Shown: positions 25,816-38,002 of the stretch, one piece after another
How the letters are laid out: every line of letters begins with the position of its first letter
How positions within the stretch are numbered: position 1 is the first letter of the stretch
NCBI GenBank assembly: GCA_951406725.2
Contig: OX597827.1
Coordinates: forward strand, 124,001-188,000
Direction of reading: 5' to 3'
Length of the DNA stretch: 64,000 bases
Source of the DNA: Octopus vulgaris
Taxonomy: Eukaryota
Translations under genes and position numbers: made by a program
The notes under the pieces: model-generated
What the model was told of the DNA's origin: nothing
What the model saw: only the letters and a program-made list of their open reading frames with translations
The model's database searches: none

Positions 25816-27011
25816 TATACTTTTGATTTAACTCACTGAAAACACTATGAGAGTGATGATTGGTGTTGATGGTTATGTATAGAGAATAGGTAGAAAATGT
25901 TTCACAGTGTGTTTGCATATATATGAGTCCACTATACGAAAGTACTTTATATAAATGTAGGTCTAATTGTGTGCCAATGTCTTGGAAAGTATCTTGAGAG
26001 GTAAGTAGAGTGTTTACAGGTAATTCTACAGTCCTTATGTCACAAGACTAATGAATTTTTAGGTAAGTGATACTGCAATATATTAATTACTAACATCCTA
26101 ATATAGACATAGTGAAGGCACAAAGCTTAATGATTTGAGGACACTGGGCTCATCTTCATTAGGTGGTCGGTTCAGGTTTTGATCTAGATGGCACATTGTG
26201 TTGATGTTGCTTGACTCCATTTAGCTGAAAATGAGTACTAACTGCAGTTGGGGGTTCAACGCTGTGACAGAATGGTGTCCAGTTAAAGGGGCCGAATATT
26301 GTATATTCTGTTGCTTAAATACCATTGAAACCAGGATAAGTTCTGGCCAATTGGTCCTGCAGACTTGAGATAGACTTTTGCATACTAAATGAGTTAATAT
26401 TTTACTAAAAAGCTAATAATTTAGAAACAATATAGAGAAAACTACTACCTAAAGTCTACCTACAGGCCAGGAGTGAACCATTTGCAATCCATTGATATGT
26501 ACAATCAGCTGTAGTTTGTAACAGGTGTTATTGTAGTGTCTTAAAGTATTTTGAATGTACCTCCTTATGTTTTAACAAATTGTGTATCAAAAGTACTACA
26601 GCAGCTTGCTGGATGTGGCAGTACTGTACTAGCGATAGTATTATAAACTCCTTTTGTGTTCTATGTGATATTGATGTTATCTACCAGTATTAGTATAAAT
26701 GGTATATATATATATATATAAATGTGGAAAGTGGTACTATAGTGTACCACTCACTGAGTTGAAAGAGATAGGACTAGTGTATGTGTTTGTGTACATGCAC
26801 ACACGCAGAGTAAAAATCAACAGAAACAATACAGTGAACTTGTGGGGAATGGAAAATCCGATGTTTCAGACAGTCCTTCTGTCAATTTTTCAGGGAAAAA
26901 ATTGACAGATTTTCCACTCCCAACAGCAAGTTCACTGTACACTTTTTATCAATTTTTCAAAATAATACGTTATATCAATGCAGACCAACACCAATCTCTT
27001 TGGTGTTTGAT

Positions 27012-27054
<43 letters not shown>

Positions 27055-27288
27055 GTATGTATGTATATACAGAGAAATAGATAGATAGATATAATGTAAG
27101 TATACATACTAAATCTTTTTTTTAAATAACTTTATATGATGAACTTTCTCTAACATGTTTCCTTATACACTCATAAATATTACCTGATATGATATCTGCA
27201 CTACACAGCACTAACAGTGTAGTAGACATCTCTCAATGTAGTAGACAATGGTCTACTGCATTGTAATTTACTCCATTACCACACCACA

Positions 27289-27705
27289 GGGATCTTTTCG
27301 GTTTGAACGGCAGTTTTTTAAAATAATTTCCATGTAACTAAACACTTTTAAACTTCGTATACTGGTAGAATGTGTTTATAAAACATCTTTTTCTCTTGGC
27401 TTTATTGAGAAAATTCTATAGTTTGTAAGATATTTGTTGTTTTTTTTTCTGCAATTTCAACCAATCAATGACGTCTATTGAGGTGAAAACATTCTGTGCT
27501 GTATGAATATGTCCCTCATTTAAGAAACAGATTGGGTTTATTTACATTTCTGAAGAAAAAAGATACCCTAACCTTAACTAACCCTAACTAACCCTAACCC
27601 TAAAACAGATTGAAATGCAATAGATCGATACTAGGGTCATAATTATGGGTGACAATTTCATATGACACTGCTAGAAAAAACTGCCGTTCAGACTGAAAAG
27701 ATCCC
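27289..27705. mobile_element. 417-bp MITE with ~31-bp TIRs and internal telomere-like (CCCTAA) repeats
   Basis: gggatcttttcggtttgaacggcagtttttt pairs with aaaaaactgccgttcagactgaaaagatccc. ccctaaccttaactaaccctaactaaccctaaccctaa at 27566-27603. Confidence 0.85.
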
Positions 27706-28107
27706 AACACAGCATCTTACTTGTGCTATATATTTACTCTGGTTTGCCTATAACTCTATCCACACTATTTTATCAATGTACCCCAATATGTTATAAGATT
27801 TATCCTGAAATGAAACTCTACCATATCAGAAATGTACTTTCACCCACAACTTTGTCATAAAGGTACTCCAGTTGTGTAATGAATACTTAAACTTCTGAAA
27901 ATAGTGTACTTATCAACTGTGTTGTAAATGTACTTGTTTTTACAACTATGTAAACATTGTAGCCCATAGTTTCATTACATATATATATATATATATATAT
28001 ACATATTTAGAAAAAAATAGCTATGGCCGGCCATAACTATCTTTTTCTACTGCTCTATAACTTAGAGTCTGCTCCTCTGTCAGATTTATGATTTACTGAC
28101 AATATTG

Positions 28108-28140
<33 letters not shown>

Positions 28141-29405
28141 TGTATATATATTACACATATATTCGTATACATACATGTATATTATGTATGTATATATATA
28201 TATATGTGTGTGTGTATATATAATGTATAAAGTATAGTATGTGTGTGTGTGTTCAAACAAATTACCCTGCTGTGTGATGAATATAGGCAAAATGATGGTA
28301 CAATGTACACTTCAATTATTTTCTGGGTCTGGGTATACATATCTGCTTAAATCGATATAACCCCCACCCCTCTCCCAACTGTTATATTCGCAGAAAGAGT
28401 ACCACAATTATGTATCAATTTATGAACAAAATATGTATCCTTAACCATCAGTGCTAAACTCTCACAAAATGTGTATAGAATAATCTCTGACTTCTAGACA
28501 GCCAATGTAGCCCAAATGTTTTCCTGATAAAGGATGTATTAAATGTACCCTTAATGCTAAAAACCAATGATTTCCCCATCCTCAACAACATTCATAATTT
28601 CAAAATGTTACTAACATGTACTGTGTTATGAATGTAGTTACTGTATTTGCTAAAACCATGTATCCCACTCATGATGTATCCAGAACACCAAAATATAATA
28701 AATAAATACAGTCAAACCAATGTACAGAAAATAAAATAAGTTCAAAATAAAAAAAGAAATAAAGATCATATTTACTGTTGTCTTTTTTTTTTTTTTTTTT
28801 ACAGATTGATTGTTTTGGTTGTCAGAAATAGCTTAGAGAGAGCATGTCCACTTTTGGCTGGCAGAAATAGTTGGTAGAGGGCCAGTCCACTTTCGATGTA
28901 GGAAAAAATTAAACTCAGCTTATATCCTTTCATATGGATCTACTCTCTTTTGATCCATATGAAAGTAATTAACAAGATGTGCTATGCCATTGTAAATGGA
29001 ACAATTGTTGTAGTTGTTTAGCTTCCTCCTCCTCCTCCTGATCAGGTCCAATCAAGCAACTTTATAATTGAAGGCATTCAACATGTAACTATCTTGTCTT
29101 CATTTCAGACAGTTACTTTATGCAATATTTCCTTCATTTTTCTAAGACAGTGAATTATGATATTTGAGAGATTTGGCTGATATTTCTAGCAGATGATGAA
29201 GATAACAGTAAGACAATGTACCTGTTTGTAATTAGACATTGTGACCTACCAGTGAGTGGGGATCACATATTTTTCTCACCCTGTTGTGGTATGGAACCTG
29301 TTTGGGGAGTTATCCTGTAAATTTGAAAGAAGATAAACCTGATGGTTTTGTGGAAAATATCCCAGAATTCAGATGAAATTAAGTGAAGATTCTCAAACAC
29401 TTACA

Positions 29406-29818
29406 GGTGCAGGAGTGTGGTAAGTAGCTTGCTTACCAACCACATGGTTCCAGGTTCAGTCCCACTGCATGGCACCTTGGGCAAGTGTCTTCTACTATAG
29501 CCTCGGGCCGACCAAAGCCTTGTGAGTGGATTTGGTAGGCAGAAACTGAAAGAAGCTTGTCATATATATGTATATGCATATATATGTGTGTGTGTGTGTT
29601 TGTGTCTCTGTGTGTTTGTGTCTCTGTGTTTGTCCCCTTAACATCGCTTGACAACCGATGCCGGTGTGTTTACATCCCTGTAACTTAGTGGTTCGGCAAA
29701 AGAGACCAATAGAATAAGTTCTAGGCTTATAAAGAATAAGTCCTGGGGCGATTTGCTCGACTAAAGGCGGTGCTCCAGCATGGCCACAATCAAATGACTG
29801 AAACAAGTAAAAGAGTAA
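29406..29818 (+). mobile_element. Full-length tRNA-derived SINE (family B) with internal microsatellite
   Basis: Head ggtgcaggagtgtggtaagtagcttgc..ggttcagtccc (A and B boxes), tail gaaacaagtaaaagagtaa. Related pieces at 5340-5710(-), 30392-30850, 36600-36870, 53620-53940(-) and 59605-59760. Confidence 0.9.
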
Positions 29819-30556
29819 TTATTCAAAAATCATAGAACCAATTCTACTAATTTAGAGACAACTTCCATTCTGAAGAGACCTTAAGTGAATAAAAAGTTAT
29901 ATTAGAGAGAAAATTTACTTCTATAACATTTCCTTGAAACAGTGAATACAATTTTTTTTTAATAAAATAAGTTAAATACGATAAATAAATTTTCAATAAA
30001 TTTTATTCTTGTTCTCTCCTATTTTGCAAGTTCACTCATGCTGGTGGCACAAAGAACACACTCAGTACATAGTGTCAAGTGGTTGACTTGAATAAGGGCA
30101 TCCAGTCTTTGAAACCATGCCAAAGCAAACACTGGAGCTTGATGCAACCCTGCAACTTGTCAGACCCTGTCAACTCATCCAACTCATGCCAGCATGGAAA
30201 ACGGATGTGAAATGATGATGAGAAGCTCAGGGTTCCTCAAAACTTGTTTTCACAAACACTCCTATATGACATTTAACTTGGCAACTTACTGTTTCTTCCA
30301 ATTCTTTCGCCTTAATATATTTTATTAATATCACTATTTCTTATATCCTAATTCATAATATAGAATATGTATCATAATTATTATTTCTTTAGGGTGCAGG
30401 GATGGTTGTGTGGTAAGAAGTTTGCTTCCCAATCAAGTGGTTTCAGGTTCAGCCCCACTGTGTGACACATGAGTTAGTGTTTTCTATAATAGCCCTGAGT
30501 TGACCAAAGATTGGTGAATGGATTTGGTAAATAGAAACTGAAAAGAAGCCTGTCAT

Positions 30557-30625
<69 letters not shown>

Positions 30626-30927
30626 TACTTGTGTGTGTGTGTTGCTGTCTCATTGCCTTGACATCATATGATAGTAGTAAGTGAGTATCACTGTCATGCA
30701 AGCACTATTTTCAATCATCCATGAAAACAAGTCTAACCATGGGGAAATACTACTTTACTTGGAAGCAGGTAAGTGTTGGTAATAGGAAGAGCATCCAACC
30801 GTAGAAAATCCACTACAAGTTCTGTCTGGCCAAGTGAAGCTAGGAAAATGGATATTAAAATGATGATACTGATGGAGATGAATTGGTAACTAAACTAAAC
30901 AGTAAATAAAATACATTATTTTATAAC

Positions 30928-31210
30928 AGAACGTGACTGATGCCAGCGCTGCCTTGACTGTCTTCTGTGCAGGTGGCACGTAAAAAAGCACCAACCGATC
31001 ATGGTCGCTGCCAGCCTCCCCCGGCACCTGAGCCAGTGGCACGTAAAAAGCACTCACTACACTTACAGAGTGGTTGGCGTTAGGAAGGGCATCTAGCTGT
31101 AGAAATACTGCCAGATCAGACTGGAGCCTGGTGCAACCTCCTGGCTTCCAAAACCCCGGTCGAACCGTCCAACCCATGCTAGCATAGACGTTAAATGATG
31201 ATGATGATAT
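30928..31210 (+). mobile_element. SINE family C
   Basis: gagtggttggcgttaggaagggcatctagctgtagaaa...gacgttaaatgatgatgatgat. Confidence 0.8.
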
Positions 31211-31269
31211 GTGTATGTATATATATATATATATATGTATGTATATATATATATATATATAATATATAT

Positions 31270-32130
31270 ATATAAGTGAAACCTTGAATTGAAGGATCTT
31301 AAAGTTAACTTAGCTTAAGAAGAAATAGGACAGGACCCTACCTGCTTCAGGCAAATGACCTTACTTTAAATGTAGGAGAGGTATAGGCAGGACATTCAGT
31401 GTACCCAGTGCAAGCTATGGAAACAGAGGTACAGTGGCATAATAGGAAGGTTAACAGAGAAAGTAATGTATATATGTGGAAGTTGTACAAGAACCATAAA
31501 ATCTACAGATACATGGAATGTTGATTTTCTCAAATGTCCTGGAGACTTTCTAGATGTAGTGGATAATTTCTGCTACCTTGTTGACCTAATTAGCAGTGGA
31601 GGAAGATGTACTGAAATTGTAATTGCTAGAATAAGAATAGGATAGTGGAAGTTCAAAGAACTTTTACCTCTGTTGGCAACCAAAGGTCTCACTCTCTCCA
31701 GATAAAAGGGAGATTGTATAATGCATGTGCACAAAGAGCAATGCTACTTGATAGTGAGATGTGGGCCTTGAATGCAGAGATACGTGAAGATGAGAGAGGA
31801 ATGAAGCTGGTATGCTCCACTGGATATGCAATGTCAGTGTACATGTGCAAAAGAGCGCTAGTGTATTGAAAGAAAAGTTAGGCAAAAGAGGAATTAGATG
31901 TCATGTGCAAGAGAGAAGATAACACTGGTTTGGTCATGTGATGCAGATAGATGAGGTCAATTGTACAAAAAAGTGTTGCTCACCTAAAGTGGATGGAATT
32001 TGTAGAAGAAGGAGATCCAGGAAGACAGGACAAAATATTAAAGGCTAATCTCAAAATGCTGAGCCTTATGAAGGAGATGTCAAAGGACCAAGAAATATGG
32101 TGCCTTGTACTCAAAGAACCAATCCACCAC
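31270..32130 (+). mobile_element. RTE-clade LINE, decayed 3' portion
   Basis: VVDNFCYL.DLISSGG..ARIRIG.WKFKELLPLL..KGRLYNAC..WFGHVM..RRRSRK with frameshifts. A related piece lies at 3720-3960. Confidence 0.85.
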
Positions 32131-32799
32131 CACAGAATCGATATCTAAACCCACCTTGGTTAATGCTTGTCAGTGAAGGGCAATACCTCACCCCCATCTC
32201 CATCCTCTCTGCCCCATCACCCTTTTTCTCCACATTTCATTCTCTAACATCCATCACTCCTCTATCACTTGAGAGCAGAAAAGGCACATACCACATCCCA
32301 CCAAACATTCACATACCCCACTTTACACGTACACACATATATACGCTGTTTAATTTTTGTTTCACTGTTGAATTCTCACCATATCACCTCCATCAGTGGA
32401 TTACCCCTTCCTTCGTCAGTCATCTCTTGTGACGGATAAAAATGCAATTAGTAGATATTGAGTTACTTCCCGTTAATGAGTTACCTCCCATGGAATTCGT
32501 TCCGTTCTATCAGGCAGACCCAGCGTGACAAGTGTAATTCAACTGACGGGCAAAACTTTGAGAGGTTAATGACATTTTCCAAAATACCACGTTGTGAGAT
32601 TGAACTCTAGACTTCGTTGTTGCAAAGTTAACTTTTTAACCTTTCGACCCTACTGCACAATCTCCCATTAAAGAGTAAATATCTCAAGGAATTTTACGTG
32701 GTGCAAGCAAACATACACACATCTTGTGCAGAAGTGCGTCACACGCACACACCCACACACACACACGCACGCACGCACACACGCGTGCGCACACTTGTA

Positions 32800-33300
32800 T
32801 ATATATTCTTTTCTCCTTAAGTTTAATTCAAGTTCTTGAGAGTTCAAGCTGGTCGCTAACAAAGCAACGAGACTTTTTGAGATCAGAGAGTTCCCGGTAT
32901 TTGTAAATATGTCGTTGAGTTGGTATGTTGGTTGAACTGTCAACGCATACTCCAAAGTACGTAGATCTATTCGCATGAGTCCTACATGGAGAATTTTTGG
33001 AATGTCTTACAAATCTTCACTGTGCCGCTAACAGATTGGATTTCGAGAATTCGCGTCAGTTTCTTTTGCTCTTTTACCATGAAACCGAGTATTTCTAGGT
33101 TTTTGTGCACCTATAATGATAGGTACAAATGAGAATTCATAGTCTGGGTACAAGAACTGTAAATTGGACTTCTGATTGTATATCAACTGGGCAGCTGACC
33201 TCTATAACAGTTCATGACTTTTGTTTCCTGTCCCACAGAACAATATCAGGTCTGTTATGTTTGCACCAAATTGATGTTTTTATTGGGGTGTTCCACGGAT
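32800..33300 (-). mobile_element. REL LINE 3' end, related to 1-480
   Basis: Minus strand reads WNTPIKTSIWCKHNRPDIVLWDRKQKS*TVIEVSCPVD..YPDYEFSFVPIIIGA..GTVKICKTF.., then a 3' UTR. Confidence 0.75.
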
Positions 33301-33429
33301 CTAGTTGGTTTGGCTGCCAGCATTTCAAAAATTAAGGTTGATCGAAAATTTTAAAATTTAGCTCAATAATATTCTTTTCAAGTTGAATTGCTGGAGTCAT
33401 TTCACTTTTTCTAGGAAAATGTTTTTAAA

Positions 33430-34400
33430 AACAATAAACTGAATAAATAGATGAAAGGCGGTGCTATTGGAGTCGGGATCGCCAGTGATGTTGCAAATCT
33501 CTTCATGGTATGGTGGGACAGACATTTTAAACAGAGCCTAGTGACCCGTAACATCCACTTAGCTATGTACTCTTGATACGTTGACGACATTAACCTTGTT
33601 GTAAAATGTAATAGTAATACACATATGGACACTCTACTAAATGAAGAATAGGTGATGACAGCTATACAACACATAACTGACTCTATCCATAGCAGTATAA
33701 ATGTTACCATAGACTACCCCTCTAAACACCCCAGTAATAGATTACCTGTCCCAGATACTGAGCTGTGGATAGAAAATACTATGATAAACGGAACTGTTAA
33801 ACCATGTTTATTCCACTCACACTATTGTTAACCTATGGCTAATCCACTGGTAATCTGTAGTAACTCAGCAATGTCAAGTACTACCAAGATCAACATCCTC
33901 TTGGCAGACTTAGAGTAATGAGGAATGTATCCCCACTATGCCAACGACAAGAAGGACAACAACACATCCAGCACTACATATTCCGAATGCAACGTTCTGG
34001 ATACACACAATACGATAGATTCAATTTACAAAGGAGCGAAAACATGATCCGAACGCATTCTAAGAGATAACGAAAACGGTATATGCCCCCTATACCGCAA
34101 CAAGTTCTGGAATAGGTTAGAAAGGGACACTAACAAAAGAAATAAAACCAATACTTGGTATGATAACAAGAAATTTCACAGCATAATGTTTGTTGACGCT
34201 ACACCTAAGAACAAATTAAGTAAGGCATTTAAGAAAATCCTGCTCACAACAGGCCTTAAGATCTAAGTTATAGAAAAGACAGGTAGAACTATCAAATCTG
34301 TATTAAGTAGATGATATCCATTTGATAGAATCACGTATCAAAATAATTGTGCAGTATGTTCTACATACATTGGTGAGACATCAAAGAACATCTGGACAAC
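33430..34400 (+). mobile_element. Penelope-like element remnant (RT C-terminal half plus GIY-YIG piece)
   Basis: GGAIGVGIASDVANLFM..YVDDINL..DSIHSSINVTIDYPSKHP..PMA..KINIL..RMQRSGY, and C..TYIGETS. Confidence 0.8.
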
Positions 34401-34469
34401 TACATTGAAAAGAAACCAAACTCCATCTTCTATCAGCATGCTGACAGATTGTGGCCACTCTCTTATTTG

Positions 34470-34990
34470 AGAGAGAGAGAGAAAAAGATAAACATCATCC
34501 AGATTTCCAGAGACGTCCCACAGAATTGGAGGGGACAGACTCTGGAAATTCTGGCACAGGCCACGTCCACCGACCTTGAAAACCTCCCCGAGAAAATTCA
34601 CATCAGAGAGGAAACCGTGCTGGCAGTAAATGTGGAGGAGAGAAGAGCCAGGTGTTTCAAGTGTGGCAAAAAGAGACACACGCACACAAGACCCCTGAAG
34701 AGGAGGAAAATAAAGAGGCGGCACCCTCAGTCAAGGAGGCTGTTACCCAGAGGGGGACCGCCAACAGCGAAAAAGAAGGAAAAGAAAAAGGGGGCCCGTA
34801 GAGGCCATAGAGACACTGTCTGAAGAAATTATGGAGTTTCAGACGGTGTCTCGCAAAAGATCAAAAAGATAGATGGAGTTGCCAATCAAGGCACAAGAGG
34901 CAGCTCCAAAAATAAAATTAGCGAAAAAAGTGAACTTAACAAAGAAATGAAAAAAAAAAGGGAACAAAAGAGAAAGAAATATGCAACCCA
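34470..34990 (+). mobile_element. Tx1/L1 ORF1 (gag-like) fragment
   Basis: LAVNVEERRARCFKCGKKRH (degenerate CCHC knuckle) followed by a basic tail. Same architecture as ORF1 at 38500-39505. Confidence 0.6.
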
Positions 34991-35746
34991 ACCAATCACA
35001 GCCTCCAAATAAATCACCTCCTTCTAGTCTCAGAGTCTGTTGGTTGTAGACCCAAGCTAACCACTGACCATATGACAGCGACCTCCATCTTCATCGCCAC
35101 CATCATGTCTCTCACCAACGTCATCGACAACATCTACACAGCACCAAAAACACTGCACTAGTTCTAACATATCGCTCTTTGTGAGCTTCTCACCAGAGTT
35201 AAACATACAACTCACACAGATGCATATATATATGGATAAATGTCCATCAACAATTATCATTTTGTGTATATATACATGTGGCCGGCATTAAAGACATTTA
35301 AAGTTACCACCTTGTTCCATGTATTTCTTTATACCATGTTCCTGTCAAATGATATTACAGCCTTCTGAGTAGAGTCACATTAGATGGAATACAACCTATC
35401 CATCTATAAATTCATTGAAAACGAAATTTAAAAACTCATTCAATCAATTTGTCGAACAAAACACAATTTTCATATCTCCTGCGCTACATAAATTCACATT
35501 AGTTAAAAATGCCAAAGGATTTTAAACTTTAATTGCTAATAACTTTTTATTTATTGATTTATTGCGAAAATAATTTTCACGTAATTCATTAGCCAATAAC
35601 AGTGTATCATTACACTGAATATGAAATCAATTTGGACAGAATTGATGCTGGCAGCCAAACTGACTAGATTCAGTATTCTTTGTTCTGACATGCCTTTGAT
35701 ATTTATGTTACGGCAGCCCTTCCTGCGGATAGCATTGTAAATGGTC

Positions 35747-35797
<51 letters not shown>

Positions 35798-37036
35798 GTG
35801 TGTGTGTGTAACTGCATCGAATGATATGGAATAACTGTGGTTCTATTTAAAGTATATAATCACACAGTATTTCACCCGATATGTAAATCCTTATTTCATT
35901 TTGTTGGATTTTAAACAGTTTACTGAGTGTATATTCAGTTTATTAAAATAAAGATGCAGAATTATACATCAACACAGTTTCTTATTATTGTATTTTTTTA
36001 TACAGTATACCTGCATGGATATCTTGTTATGTGGTGTCCACTTGCATCCTGTTGGTTCGGTTGCATTCAGATTTCATCCTGATGAAATATGAAGCCATCC
36101 AGTTTGTCATTCTTAACAACACATCTCAGAATTGTTCTCTGATTAGCTGTTTATTTCATCCTCCTCAGATCTGACTAAAGTTATTTAATTATATTCACAG
36201 GGATGTGAAATCTGGCTTCTTCAATAATGGTGGTTGTTTGGTAGAATTGGTAGAGCATCGGACAAAATACCGTCTGATATTTAGTTTCATGTATTTACGT
36301 TCTGACTTCAAATCTCATCAAGGTCAACTTTATCTTTTATTTTTCCAGGTTCTATGAAGAATCTATAAAGGCTTGGATTAATATAATCGATGGTAGATAT
36401 CCCACAAATGTGCAATCAATATTTTGAATCAGTCAGAAATGTATAAGCTGAATCGGTGGAGCGTAGGAAAAAATACTGCATAGTATTCTGTTACAGCCCT
36501 TCACATTCTGAAATCAAACCCTACTGGGTCTAACTTTGTTTTCTTTCCTCTTGAGTCAATAAATATCAAGCATAGTTGTATAGCTAAATAGTTTACTTTG
36601 TAGCATCTTGAGCAGGTATGTTCTGTCATAACTTAGAGCCGACCACAGTCTTATGAGTGAATTTGGTAGATAGAAACTGTGAAGAAGCCTTCCGTGTATA
36701 TATTATATATGAGTGTGTCTTTGCACCTGTCTCCTCGCCCCCGCTTGACAACCTGTGTTGTTTGATTGTGTTCTCATAACTTAGCAGTTTGGCAAAAGAA
36801 ACGATAGTAGAAGAATCAGACTTTAAAAAGCAACTACTGGGGCTGATCTCATCTACTACTTCCCTAAAACATAATTTTGTTGCATCTACATTAGATGTCA
36901 CTACGACTGTTTCAACCCTCAACTGCCAGAGGAGGTGGGGTTCAGCTACTTGAGTAGTAGTTCAAGAGTCCCATTGCTTACTTAGACCTTGTGACTTTGT
37001 GGTCAAATGAAAGACATTAATATTACTTCCCCACCA

Positions 37037-37248
37037 GGCAGCTAGCTAGCAGAATTGTTAGCACGCCGGGCAAAATGCTTAGCGGCATCTCATCTGTCTT
37101 TTATGTTCTAAGTTCAAATTTTGCTGAGGTCGACTTTGCCTCTCATCCCTTTGGGGTCAATCAAATAAGTACCAGTTGAATACTGGGGTCGATGTAATCA
37201 ATTTAGCCCTCCCCCCGAAATTGCTGGCCTTGTGCCAAAATTTGAAAT
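37037..37248 (+). mobile_element. Full-length tRNA-derived SINE, family A
   Basis: A box tagcagaattgttagc, B box aagttcaaatt, core gtcgactttgcctctcatccctttggggtc. Further copies at 7650-7830, 36230-36570 and 43513-43640. Confidence 0.85.
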
Positions 37249-37303
37249 CACCCTCAGTTTGCTGCTCCTTAGAGACAAAGGAAAGCAAAATCTTAATAAA
37301 ATA

Positions 37304-37480
37304 CTGTATTTGGTGACATATAAGATGCACTTATTAAAAAAAAAAAATTCTCAAAAAGTTTCCTTGAATCCCTGTGTATTACACACGTTAATACACTAAA
37401 AACTTCCCCCTCGACTATGCGCTACAGAAAATTGGGGTGCCTTTTATATACCTGTTCGTCTTTTATGCCGTCAAATACAG
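37304..37480. mobile_element. Short Tc1/pogo-type MITE
   Basis: TA|ctgtatttggtgacatataaga ... tcttttatgccgtcaaatacag|TA. A degenerate relative lies at ~23250-23450. Confidence 0.65.
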
Positions 37481-38002
37481 TAGTTGTTTTTATTGTGGTT
37501 TAAATCCTGGTTGCTTTTCTTCAAACAGAACTGTGGTTAAAGCCATTCCAGTTATAACCAGCCTATCTTTATTTCAGACATAGGACTATCTAGTTCAAGA
37601 TGCATCATCACCAGCACCACAATCATCGTCATATTGTTATTTGTCTGCACTGTACATTTACGTCAGTTATGGTGACAGATACTCCACAATTATTGACTGA
37701 TCAATGAAAACGTTAACAGTATTTTTTTTTTTTAAATGCTAAGTGCAAAATATATATTTGAATGATGAAGAAATTGTCTTTACACATCGAAATTTAGAAC
37801 AGTTTAATATGAAGGAATGAAGCAGGGAACATGCATAGGCCCGTATTCATTTTAGACATTTTTTGATCTCCTTCTAACCTTTTTTAAATAATTATATTAA
37901 TAATGATAATAATATAATCAATAATAATAACAACAACAACAACAACCATAATAACGAGAGCACTCAGAGAGCGCAAACCTCCGCTAAGGCAACACCAACG
38001 TC

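Noticed and set aside
27566-27603. True telomere or chromosome-fusion site
   Set aside because: Only a few degenerate units, enclosed by MITE TIRs.
29406-29470. tRNA genes at SINE heads (also 37037 and 51577)
   Set aside because: A and B boxes are present but there is no complete cloverleaf, and each continues into a SINE body.
36011-36175. Minus-strand coding exon with a cag|gtatac donor
   Set aside because: All three frames contain stops and the acceptor is weak.
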